64,000 nt of DNA, taken from contig JBMNLI010000009.1 in assembly GCA_050952645.1 (NCBI GenBank), forward strand, positions 9,037 to 73,036, in the 5' to 3' direction. Shown here in pieces: positions 41,797 to 50,645 of this stretch (its first letter is position 1; each line of letters begins with the position of its first letter). The translations under genes and the position numbers were made by a program. The notes beneath the pieces were generated by a model that saw only the letters and a program-made list of their open reading frames with translations, did not search any database and was not told where the DNA came from. Source of the stretch: Bdellovibrionota bacterium. GTDB taxonomy: Bacteria; Bdellovibrionota_C; UBA2361; CAKMMH01.

Positions 41797-42626
41797 ATTT
41801 TACCCCTTGCAAGATAAAGCATCCACGCTATACCAATAAATACTAAGACTGTGCCTAAAGCCATAAGCCTTATTCCTAAAGGCGTAGAAATAGCATTAAA
41901 AAAATGCTCTCTATTCATTATCATTTGAATAAACGCTATAAAAACGCCACTACCTAAAATACCGAATGCTGAAACTTTTTGCATAGCGATAGCAGATTGA
42001 GTTTTTCTTCTAAATGATTGCCTTTGCCGAGTAACTTTAGTTAAACGTCTTAGAGGTTTATATAGCCCACTTCCCTCTTTTCTAGAAAGGATAAATGCTA
42101 CTTTAAATAAATCTATATCGGGGTGTTTTATATCTTTTGCAAAATTATTTATCGCTTCCTCTTCAGACATTCCCTCTTGAATATCTAGTAAAACATCTAG
42201 TAATTTTTCTTTTAATATACTCGTTTCTAAAAAAAGATCTTTTACTATTAAAAGCGCCTGCAATGGGTCTTTTCCGCTTTTAACGCAAGATGCTAAGGAA
42301 ATTAAAAATGCTGGGTAATCTTCTTCAAAATTTTTAGCACGTAAGATAACTTTTTTATTTAACAAAAAATATTCTATTATTAAATATGCAATTACTAGAA
42401 ATAATGAAATGTAAAATTTAAAAAAGAAGATAGAAATAAAAAAAATACATACAGATAAAATAATACATCTTAAAATTAATTTTTGTTTTTCCTTTTCGTT
42501 AATTCCAGCGTAATAAAAAATATCATCTAGACTATTTTTAGTATCTCTAGAAGATTTTCTATTGATACCAAAAAATCCAGTGCTTAATAATTTTAATCTT
42601 TTTATATCACTTTTAAATCTCTTCAT
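41793..42626 (-). CDS. tadB: Tad pilus inner-membrane protein TadB
   Basis: FEEDYPAFLISLASCVKSGKDPLQAL..GMSEEEAI..GSGLYKPLRRL; follows tadA. Confidence 0.82.
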   Translation of the reverse strand: MKRFKSDIKRLKLLSTGFFGINRKSSRDTKNSLDDIFYYAGINEKEKQKLILRCIILSVCIFFISIFFFKFYISLFLVIAYLIIEYFLLNKKVILRAKNFEEDYPAFLISLASCVKSGKDPLQALLIVKDLFLETSILKEKLLDVLLDIQEGMSEEEAINNFAKDIKHPDIDLFKVAFILSRKEGSGLYKPLRRLTKVTRQRQSFRRKTQSAIAMQKVSAFGILGSGVFIAFIQMIMNREHFFNAISTPLGIRLMALGTVLVFIGIAWMLYLARGKI

Positions 42627-42649
42627 ATATTTTTTTTATATTTTTTTAT

Positions 42650-43975
42650 TTAATCGATAACTAACTCATCTTTTAAATTTCTTAAATTTACATCTATTTT
42701 TTTCTTTTTAAAATCTTCTTCAAAACTACTAGTCTTACTTACTACTTTCCAAGTCGCTTTTTGGTTTTGATAAGAGTATTTAAATATCTCTCGTTGACGC
42801 ACGACATTATCTGCCATCGATGTTATCTCCCTAACGTCCATAATTCTTCTAAATCCAGAGTTATGACAAATATCGAGATGCACTATTATTTGAACTGCGC
42901 TAGCGATTTGTTCTTTTAAAATATTATTAGCTACCATTTTTTGAGCTCTTCCTAAAAAAAGCTCTAGTCTCGATATAGCATCAGCCGAGGATTTAGCATG
43001 AATAGTCGACATTCCAGAGTGCCCAGAGGCGCAAACATCTATAAAAGCCTCAGCAGCTCTAGCATCTCTAATCTCTCCAAAAATTATTCTATTCATAGCC
43101 ATACGCATTCCAGCCCTAATACATTCTGCAGGAGAGATAAGCCCAGCATTATCCGTGTTTGCCTCTCTTATTCTTAAATATCTTACGTGCGGATGCTCTA
43201 AGATAATTTCGGGAGTATCTTCTATAACTAAAATAGATTCTTCTTTAAATATACTAGATGCGAGTGCTCGAACGAGAGTAGTTTTTCCAGTGCCAACCTC
43301 GCCTGCTATAAAAATAGTAAGCCCAGATTTAACGGCAGCATTTAAATAATCGAAAACTTCTTTTGGGGCTAGGGAGTATTTTATTAAATCTTCTACCTTA
43401 ACTTTTGAAAATCTGTTTATTCTTAAAGTCAGGTAGGGACCTTTTTCGCATATCGATTGATGCACGGCATGCACACGGACAAATCCTCCTATAGTGCCGT
43501 CTGTAATCGGGTGGGCGGTAGAGTAAGTAGTGCCGGCTTTTTGAAGCAACCTTTCTACGTAATTTATATAACTTTCTTTATTTGGAAAGGTGATATCTGT
43601 TTTATAGTTCTTTCTTTTTTGTTGAACGGAGACATCATCAAAATCTGTAATAATAATATCGCTAATTTCAGGCGAGTCTACAAGAGATTGTAAAACCCCA
43701 AAAGGTTTTTGCTCTTTTTCTAATTGTTCTAAAATCTCATCTCTTTCAAACGATGAAAGTTCAAATCCGTGGCGAACTGAAATAATATCTATTAAATCGC
43801 AGAAATCTTTTTGAGTATACTCGCCCTCATCTTTTGAAAAATCTTTTCCAAGCTCTATTCTAATTTCTCTTATTATATACGATAGTGCAGGAGGAAGCCC
43901 AGTTTTTACCACGGTAGGTTCTTTTATAATCTCTTCACCAAATTCTTGTTTTATACTTCTCCAATCTCTTTGCAA
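42650..43975 (-). CDS. tadA: Tad pilus ATPase TadA/CpaF
   Basis: GEVGTGKTT, IEDTPEI, RIIFGEIR, SGHSGMSTIHA. Confidence 0.93.
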   Translation of the reverse strand: MQRDWRSIKQEFGEEIIKEPTVVKTGLPPALSYIIREIRIELGKDFSKDEGEYTQKDFCDLIDIISVRHGFELSSFERDEILEQLEKEQKPFGVLQSLVDSPEISDIIITDFDDVSVQQKRKNYKTDITFPNKESYINYVERLLQKAGTTYSTAHPITDGTIGGFVRVHAVHQSICEKGPYLTLRINRFSKVKVEDLIKYSLAPKEVFDYLNAAVKSGLTIFIAGEVGTGKTTLVRALASSIFKEESILVIEDTPEIILEHPHVRYLRIREANTDNAGLISPAECIRAGMRMAMNRIIFGEIRDARAAEAFIDVCASGHSGMSTIHAKSSADAISRLELFLGRAQKMVANNILKEQIASAVQIIVHLDICHNSGFRRIMDVREITSMADNVVRQREIFKYSYQNQKATWKVVSKTSSFEEDFKKKKIDVNLRNLKDELVID

Positions 43976-44005
43976 AATTTTCTCCTAAACTTATCTTATA
44001 TTTTT

Positions 44006-44110
44006 GGCTCTTCACGTTTTAAGGTAGGTTTTAGACCTTAAAATTAGTATCACTCACCTCGACGAAGCCAAAAAAACAATTTTTCTAACCCACCTAAAAC
44101 GTGAAGAACC
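44006..44110 (-). mobile_element. MITE family A, internally deleted 105-bp copy
   Basis: ggctcttcacgtttta...taaaacgtgaagaacc; perfect 8-bp TSD atattttt (43998-44005, 44111-44118). Confidence 0.93.
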
Positions 44111-44215
44111 ATATTTTTTAATTTTACTTTTAAAATTCTAAGTTTCTCGTTTCACGTTTTTTTATTTTACAATTTTATTTTATATTTTTATTTATCATTA
44201 ATTATTTATCATTAA

Positions 44216-45106
44216 TTATTTATCATCAATTATAAAGCCTTTAGGAATAGAGTTAGACTTTACCCATTTATCTCCTGAAAGAGCAAATATCTTATCTGCA
44301 TTTCCCCCTTCTCCTTTAACTGAAACCACAGCTTTTATAGTATCTTTTTTACTCCCTCCGATAGGTCTTCCCTTTAAATTATCTGGACTAAAGATATTTT
44401 CTTCCCAGTTTGCCTCATCGTTTGCACTTCTTAACGCAAAAGCTATGCGTCCTAATGGAATCGCAGTGTTGATCGCTAAGCATTGTTTTTGAGTTACTAA
44501 AAGAGTAACGGTGCTTGGGATATTTGGTGATTTTTCACTAGCAACTGGAGCCGTGGAGCGTTCCTGAGAAAGGATTTTTACTTTCTCTGCTATAACAGAT
44601 GTTTTATGTTTTTGAACGAGCAAAACGTCTACTAAGCTTCCCGAACCTGCCCAACCCTCCACAGAGGATGTAGCATCTACTCTTATAGTCATAGCACGCA
44701 TACCTTTAGGAATTTTATCTACTACTGGGTTTTGAGGGTAGGCTGTAAAACTAAAATTAACATCGAACACTGGCAAGTTTGCAGGAAGTTTAGTTAGTGC
44801 TATAGCTTCTTGCATTCCACTTAAATCTAAAAGAGCACCTTGTGGCACTTGGTGTTTAGGAAATGATACTTGTTTAAATTTTATATCTCTTACTTTAGTT
44901 CCCATAGGAACTAGCGTAGCTGGAACGGGAACTTTTACGGTATTAAACTCTGCTACTACCGCTACATTTTCTTTGGCTTTCTTATTAACGCTATTAGAAA
45001 TAATAATGGAAGATATTATTAAAGATAAACAAATTATTAGCACTATTAATAATTGGTTTTTTCTTTTATTTCTTTGATTGATATAAGAATTTTTTCTTTG
45101 AACCAT
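44216..45106 (-). CDS. cpaB: Flp pilus assembly protein CpaB/RcpC
   Basis: IPKGMRAMTIRVD..VEGW..GSLVDVLL..TVTLLVT..ALRS. Confidence 0.9.
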   Translation of the reverse strand: MVQRKNSYINQRNKRKNQLLIVLIICLSLIISSIIISNSVNKKAKENVAVVAEFNTVKVPVPATLVPMGTKVRDIKFKQVSFPKHQVPQGALLDLSGMQEAIALTKLPANLPVFDVNFSFTAYPQNPVVDKIPKGMRAMTIRVDATSSVEGWAGSGSLVDVLLVQKHKTSVIAEKVKILSQERSTAPVASEKSPNIPSTVTLLVTQKQCLAINTAIPLGRIAFALRSANDEANWEENIFSPDNLKGRPIGGSKKDTIKAVVSVKGEGGNADKIFALSGDKWVKSNSIPKGFIIDDK

Positions 45107-45248
45107 AAAATTACTGCCTCTTTATAGAATTCAATTACCATCTTTTTTTAAAAAAAAAATTTTATATAGAAAGCCAAAGCTATTTTTAAAAAATTACTTT
45201 TAAAATAATACTTATAAATAATACTTATAAACAATATAAGTAAGATTT

Positions 45249-45287
45249 AAGAGAAGATGTTTAAAAAGATTATAAACATCTTCTCTT
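45249..45287 (-). terminator. Hairpin between flp and cpaB (terminator or mRNA stabiliser)
   Basis: 15-bp perfect stem aagagaagatgttta / taaacatcttctctt. Confidence 0.7.
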
Positions 45288-45336
45288 TACTACTTACATT
45301 ATTACTTACATTTATTTATTAAAACACACGCTACTT

Positions 45337-45561
45337 CTAATTACCGCCACCAGAACCGCCGCCAGTAGTGCCTGCATCTAAAGTAATCCCTGTAGGTAAA
45401 TCACCAGAACGGTCTACAGCCCAATCCCCAATATTAGTAGCTGCTGTTTGAAGTTTTCCGCCCATTGCTTGCAAAACTGCAAATACGATAACTGCAACTA
45501 CAGCAGCACCTGCACAATATTCAAGTAGTGTTAATCCTTTTTGGTTTCGTTTTCTTAACAT
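45337..45561 (-). CDS. flp: Flp pilin
   Basis: KG/LTLLEY Flp motif plus hydrophobic helix; AGGAG RBS. Confidence 0.9.
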   Translation of the reverse strand: MLRKRNQKGLTLLEYCAGAAVVAVIVFAVLQAMGGKLQTAATNIGDWAVDRSGDLPTGITLDAGTTGGGSGGGN

Positions 45562-45610
45562 ATATTCTCCTTTTATAAGAAAAAATAAAAAATTAAATTT
45601 AAAACTAAAT

Positions 45611-47044
45611 TTAAACTGCTTTAGTAAAAAACTTTTTTTCTTCCTTTTCTTCTCTTTTTTCTCTTTTTTCCTCGTCTTCTTTTATATCATATTTTTGAGC
45701 TTTATAGTCTATAGTTTTTTTAGGCTCTGCTATTTTTTCTAAATTTTTATCTTCTAACATCTTGCTACGTTTATCTTCTTTACTATTTTTATAAGTATCT
45801 ATAAAGCTACTAAATATTGTAGCAATCTTTTTAATATATCCAAGTATTATTTCTTTTATTCCAATTTTTGAAATCTCATATTTACGATTATCTATTTTTT
45901 CACTTAATGCAAAGAGTATATCTTTAAGCCTTTTATCCGCTTGTGAATAGAATGTAGCGCCAGACCCTGGCCATCTTCCGTGGGATGGAACATAGTTTAT
46001 TGCGTAAGGAAAAAAAGCATCTTCTAATAATAAAGAAGAAGTTAAAACCTCATTTTTTAATATATCAGATGAAATAAGCGTTCTTTCATGTCTATTTTCT
46101 ACGATATATAACTTTGCATCTGATGATAAATAATTTTTTGCATTTTTTATAAGTTCTAAGTTTGCAAAAATAGATGCAGGATCATTATTTATAATAACTA
46201 AAAGCACATCACAAACTCTATATAGACTAGTTTTTAACACTCCTTTAAAACAAGCTAAATCGATTATTATATAATCAAAATAAGTATCTAAATTTTCTAA
46301 TACCGATAAGAAATTTTTATAGTATGAAGATTTAATAGAGTATATATTTTCAACCTCAACGGTTGGGGTCATACAATATAAATTTTCCTCATCATCCCAT
46401 ACATTAAAATAACACTCCTTTAGTGAGTCTTGAGTTATAGGTTTTAAACCGTCTAGAATCAAACCTAAACTTTCATTTATAAAAGGACGCACTTGTAAGA
46501 ATCTGCTTAAATCTTGGCTTTCTATATCGCAATCTACTAGTAAAACTTTCTTTCCTTTATCTAGATAAATCTCTCCTAATGCAGAAACGATGGAAGTTAC
46601 GCCCGAACCTCCCTTTCCACTATCTACTACTATTATTTTTGAATTTTGTTTTTTATTTGTTTTCCTTACTAATATAATTAGTTTTCTAAAAAAATCGTTT
46701 GAGGTAATGTTATCTAGAAAAATATCAGTAACTCCAAGCCTAGCTAGTTCTTCGATAATAAAAAGTTTATTTAAACTCTCATCTATCCAAGCGATTATAA
46801 TAATATTAGGAAATAGTGTTTTGATATCACTAATAATACCTCTATCCTCAGAGAGGATCTCGCTTCCTAAGAGAATTAGTTTTGGGGATTTTTGAAAGCT
46901 AAGCTCTTCAATAGAAATAGATTTAACACTTATCCTTGGGATAATATCGGCACTTTGTGAGCCTGCATATATAAAATCACACAGTCTATTTCTTATTTTA
47001 TTTCTAGACTCAGCACTCTTATCTAAGATTAATAATTCTAACAT
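45611..47044 (-). CDS. CpaE/TadZ-like receiver-MinD ATPase
   Basis: N-terminal receiver-like domain; SGKGGSGVTS deviant Walker A; LLVDCD, YIIIDL. Confidence 0.85.
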   Translation of the reverse strand: MLELLILDKSAESRNKIRNRLCDFIYAGSQSADIIPRISVKSISIEELSFQKSPKLILLGSEILSEDRGIISDIKTLFPNIIIIAWIDESLNKLFIIEELARLGVTDIFLDNITSNDFFRKLIILVRKTNKKQNSKIIVVDSGKGGSGVTSIVSALGEIYLDKGKKVLLVDCDIESQDLSRFLQVRPFINESLGLILDGLKPITQDSLKECYFNVWDDEENLYCMTPTVEVENIYSIKSSYYKNFLSVLENLDTYFDYIIIDLACFKGVLKTSLYRVCDVLLVIINNDPASIFANLELIKNAKNYLSSDAKLYIVENRHERTLISSDILKNEVLTSSLLLEDAFFPYAINYVPSHGRWPGSGATFYSQADKRLKDILFALSEKIDNRKYEISKIGIKEIILGYIKKIATIFSSFIDTYKNSKEDKRSKMLEDKNLEKIAEPKKTIDYKAQKYDIKEDEEKREKREEKEEKKFFTKAV

Positions 47045-47319
47045 ACAAGCCCTAAAATTAGTTTTATATTAAATTTTATTAGAAAGTTTTCGCCTTAAAA
47101 AAAGCGTTAAAAGATAAATTGAAAAAGCACACGTATACTTTAATTATATAATTTTTCAAAATCTATAGCAAATAAAACAATGTTTTATATAACCTTATAA
47201 TAGACTACTTCTTCCTTTTATCAAAATAAATTTACGTGCAATTCTTAAATACGTATTATTTTAGCTTCTTTTTTTAATATTTTTCATATATATAATAGAT
47301 AAGTGAGTTTATTAAAGTT

Positions 47320-49317
47320 ATGAAAAAGAGACAATTTTTATTTATTTTTATAATATTTATAGCCTTTTTAGTTAGGTATCCTTTCGTTGGTGCAGGGCTA
47401 CCCTACTTTCAAAATGAAGATGAAATGCATCACTTTAATAGAACTGTAAGAATGGTGCAATCAGGTTCCTTTAACCCGAATTATTTTTTAAAGCCAAGCC
47501 TCCATTTTTATATGCGTATTCCCGTAGTGGCTCTATCTTTTATTTGGAACGTTAGAAAGGGACACGTTAAAACGCTATCAGATATAAAAATTACTAATCC
47601 ATACGGCATCGCATCGCACTCTAGCACCGCTTCTCATATAGGTATAGTAAAGTGGAATAGAATGTTTAGCTTAACGCTTAGCATTTTAACTTTAGTTTTA
47701 ATATTTTTTATAATAAAAGAGCTTACTAATAATTATTATACATCCGTTTTAGGTTCTTTACTCTTTGCTTTATCACCTCCACAAATAGAATTATCTACGC
47801 AAATAAATGTCGATGTCCCCGTGATGTTTCTATGTTGTTTTGCAGTTTTTATCGCTATAAAAACTTATAACAAATTTTCAGTTTCAAATTTAATCTTCCT
47901 TTCTATAATTTCAGGTTTTGCGATTTCGACTAAATATAATGCAATGCCAATCTATTTTTTACCTTTTTTTACTCTTATCGCTAGCAATAAAATAAATTTA
48001 AAAAATTGCTGTATCGCTTTTATAACTCCTATAGTAGCATTTTTTATTGCATCTCCTTATGCATTTATAAATTATAACTTATTTCTAGACCATTTAGCTT
48101 TTGAGGTAAAACATTATGGAGTAGATGGACACGTTGGGCACTTAGCAGACCCAGGGCTTCAGCAACTTTTGTTTTATTCAAAATGGTTTTGTGTAAATGC
48201 TATAGGGTGGATACCTTTTATATGTTTCTTATATGGAGTTATTGTAGTTTGCGCTAAAAGTTTTTCTAAATCTATAAATAAATTTTCTATACAAAAACAT
48301 TTGTTAGTTTTATCATTTCCACTTCTTTTCTTAACTCTTATGATATTTCAAAGAGCAAACTTTACTAGAAATATGTTAATGGCACTACCTTTTGTGTGTA
48401 TTTTTGCGAGCATTGGTTTTTCAAAAATTTTAAAAATTTTTTTACAAAAAAACTTAGAGAAAAAAAATAAGATAATTACTATTTGTATTCTAGTTTTTTT
48501 CGTGCAAGTAGCCGTTCAAACATTTTTTGTAGAAAAAAAAGTTTTAAATATAAAAGACACTAGAACCGATGTTAGTGCTTGGGTTAGAGATAATCATAGC
48601 GGTGATTATAGTATATTTGTTAGCGGCAAATTAGACTTAGAGCATAATATTTTTGCTTATCCTAATATTATTAGAATAGATGAAACGACTTCACCTCTAA
48701 AGTTATATAATAAACATGGTAAATATTTAATTTTACCTAAGTATATAAAAAATCCTTACGAAAATTTTTATAAGGAGTATAAGGTATTTAATGGGCAAGA
48801 AAAGGATCCTAAAAATAGATTATATGTAAATCCAAATATAGTTATATATGAAAAAGTTCCACTAGAAAATCTATCTATCGATGATATAAAGACGTCTGCG
48901 TTAGATGTATCAGATATGTTTAATATTTACTCAAATAAGTATTCAGTTTCTATAAAGTGTGATAATAATAAAAAACTAAATGAAAAAGATGTGGACAAAA
49001 AAATAGATAAAGATTGTTGGCTCACATCTAATATAAATAAGGTAAGTCTTAAAAAATTTAATATTTCTAATAAAACATTACATTTTTCTTATATGAATCC
49101 TTGGCAAAATCAAAATGTAAAAATACTAGTAGGAGATAAGGTTATAGATGCTACTTGTAAAGATATTAAGCCTTGGGAGGTTTGTAAAAAGGAAATTAGT
49201 ATTCCTAAAATAGATGGTAATGCTGAGAATATTTATATATTAGTGCAAAAACTTATATCCCCATATTACGCTAAATATAGCCAAGATGAGCGTTTCTTAG
49301 GAATTTCAGTTAAATAA
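47320..49317 (+). CDS. GT-C glycosyltransferase (ArnT/PMT family)
   Basis: NEDEMHH after the first TM, PNYFLKPSL, NVDVP, STKYN; many TM helices. Confidence 0.82.
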   Translation: MKKRQFLFIFIIFIAFLVRYPFVGAGLPYFQNEDEMHHFNRTVRMVQSGSFNPNYFLKPSLHFYMRIPVVALSFIWNVRKGHVKTLSDIKITNPYGIASHSSTASHIGIVKWNRMFSLTLSILTLVLIFFIIKELTNNYYTSVLGSLLFALSPPQIELSTQINVDVPVMFLCCFAVFIAIKTYNKFSVSNLIFLSIISGFAISTKYNAMPIYFLPFFTLIASNKINLKNCCIAFITPIVAFFIASPYAFINYNLFLDHLAFEVKHYGVDGHVGHLADPGLQQLLFYSKWFCVNAIGWIPFICFLYGVIVVCAKSFSKSINKFSIQKHLLVLSFPLLFLTLMIFQRANFTRNMLMALPFVCIFASIGFSKILKIFLQKNLEKKNKIITICILVFFVQVAVQTFFVEKKVLNIKDTRTDVSAWVRDNHSGDYSIFVSGKLDLEHNIFAYPNIIRIDETTSPLKLYNKHGKYLILPKYIKNPYENFYKEYKVFNGQEKDPKNRLYVNPNIVIYEKVPLENLSIDDIKTSALDVSDMFNIYSNKYSVSIKCDNNKKLNEKDVDKKIDKDCWLTSNINKVSLKKFNISNKTLHFSYMNPWQNQNVKILVGDKVIDATCKDIKPWEVCKKEISIPKIDGNAENIYILVQKLISPYYAKYSQDERFLGISVK

Positions 49318-49452
49318 TTAAAAAATATACTTGTTAAATAAATATAACGATGTATTATTGAAAAACGTTTCGTTTAAGGAGGTTTTAAGAAATACTTAAA
49401 CCAAAACTAAAAGAGAAACCCCCAAAAAAAGACAAATAGAAAGGGTTTTATT

Positions 49453-49881
49453 GTGGGCGACACTAAATGGAAAGATGGTCCTTTACAATTAAATGGGGCT
49501 GATGTAAAAGAAACTGTTGCAAATAGGTCAGAGGTTGGTGGATATCTGGTTTTTTGCATTCGCTTTACAAAGCTTCCTAGTAAAGTAGAGGGTAATTTGC
49601 CACAAACGATCGCAAGACTTTTAGACGACATGCTCGAAAGAGGAACGACGAAAAAGGGAAATGACAAAGAAAACGAGTCGTTTAAAAAACCGATCGTCGT
49701 TGTATACCTTAGTGAGTATTACAAAGAGCAAGCGCAAGAAATTGTAGACGCCCTTAAAAATTACTTAAAAGGGCGAACGGCTGGCTTTGCATACGTTACT
49801 AATGGCGCTATCGGCTCTAATAGTTTTGCGTATAGCAATATAAATGATGTGGCAGGGGTTTTTAGTAAGCTTGGCTTTTAA
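49453..49881 (+). CDS. Hypothetical protein, possible STAS-like fold
   Basis: 142-aa ORF followed by a 16-bp hairpin; weak similarity to the next ORF. Confidence 0.55.
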   Translation: MGDTKWKDGPLQLNGADVKETVANRSEVGGYLVFCIRFTKLPSKVEGNLPQTIARLLDDMLERGTTKKGNDKENESFKKPIVVVYLSEYYKEQAQEIVDALKNYLKGRTAGFAYVTNGAIGSNSFAYSNINDVAGVFSKLGF

Positions 49882-49893
49882 CCCTAAAAAAAA

Positions 49894-49935
49894 TTTAACG
49901 ATTAGGCTAAATTTTTAACTAGCCTAATCGTTAAA
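49894..49935 (+). terminator. Perfect 16-bp-stem hairpin
   Basis: tttaacgattaggcta / tagcctaatcgttaaa just after the stop codon. Confidence 0.65.
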
Positions 49936-50026
49936 GTGTGTCCCTTTTAGTTTTACTTATGTATTACCAAAGGTTTTACTAAAAAAATACTCTAACGCTA
50001 CAATGTAGCAGGAGGAAAAAATAAAG

Positions 50027-50479
50027 ATGCCTGACGATGGGAATGAAAGTACATTAAGTCTTGATCGAGAACGAGGAATCGATGTATTTCGGTTAAAACT
50101 TAGTGGTGATAAAAAAGCGAATATTCTTTTAGTATTTTTAAAATTACTTGAAGAAAATTTTCCATCTATCAAACCAGAAAAGAAAAAATCTCCTAGGATT
50201 CTCGTGATTGAGTTTAATGAAGCTTATAACTATGATAAGCAAAATAAAACTCAAAATGAGCAAGATAAAACTCAAGATGAGCTTCTAGAAGAACTTATTA
50301 AAGGCGACTTAAAAGGTTTAGTCGATGCTATTGTTTTTTGTTATCTTGATAAAAAATACGATACGTATTTTATACTAGATGGCAATAACCCTAACTGTGA
50401 AGAAATCGAAAAACTTATAAAGAAAAAAACTCGGCTCATATCTCGTATCATCTCGAGGATAAGGAAATTTTTTCTTTAA
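50027..50479 (+). CDS. Hypothetical protein, possible STAS-like fold
   Basis: AGGAGG RBS; RERGIDVFRLKLSG..LLEE..PRILVIEFNEA resembles the STAS pattern. Confidence 0.6.
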   Translation: MPDDGNESTLSLDRERGIDVFRLKLSGDKKANILLVFLKLLEENFPSIKPEKKKSPRILVIEFNEAYNYDKQNKTQNEQDKTQDELLEELIKGDLKGLVDAIVFCYLDKKYDTYFILDGNNPNCEEIEKLIKKKTRLISRIISRIRKFFL

Positions 50480-50645
50480 AACGAAACTATAATACAAGGC
50501 CTTATAAGCTAGAATACGTGTTGCGCGTGATAAAACACACATGCGTGGCGTAACCTCTCGCTATAAGGCTATTTTTTTTAACTTTAGTCTTAATAAAAAA
50601 ATAAAGAAAAATTTTTCAACTCTTTAAACTTAAAATTTTATTTTA

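Noticed and set aside
49365..49435. Another degenerate MITE copy
   Set aside because: It has only vague similarity (cgtttaaggaggtttt, aaccccaaaaa) in AT-rich DNA, with no TIR pair or TSD.
49893..49937. Integron attC site (atttaac...gttaaag)
   Set aside because: It is only about 45 bp, has a perfect stem without extrahelical bases, and no integrase is nearby. A terminator is the simpler explanation.
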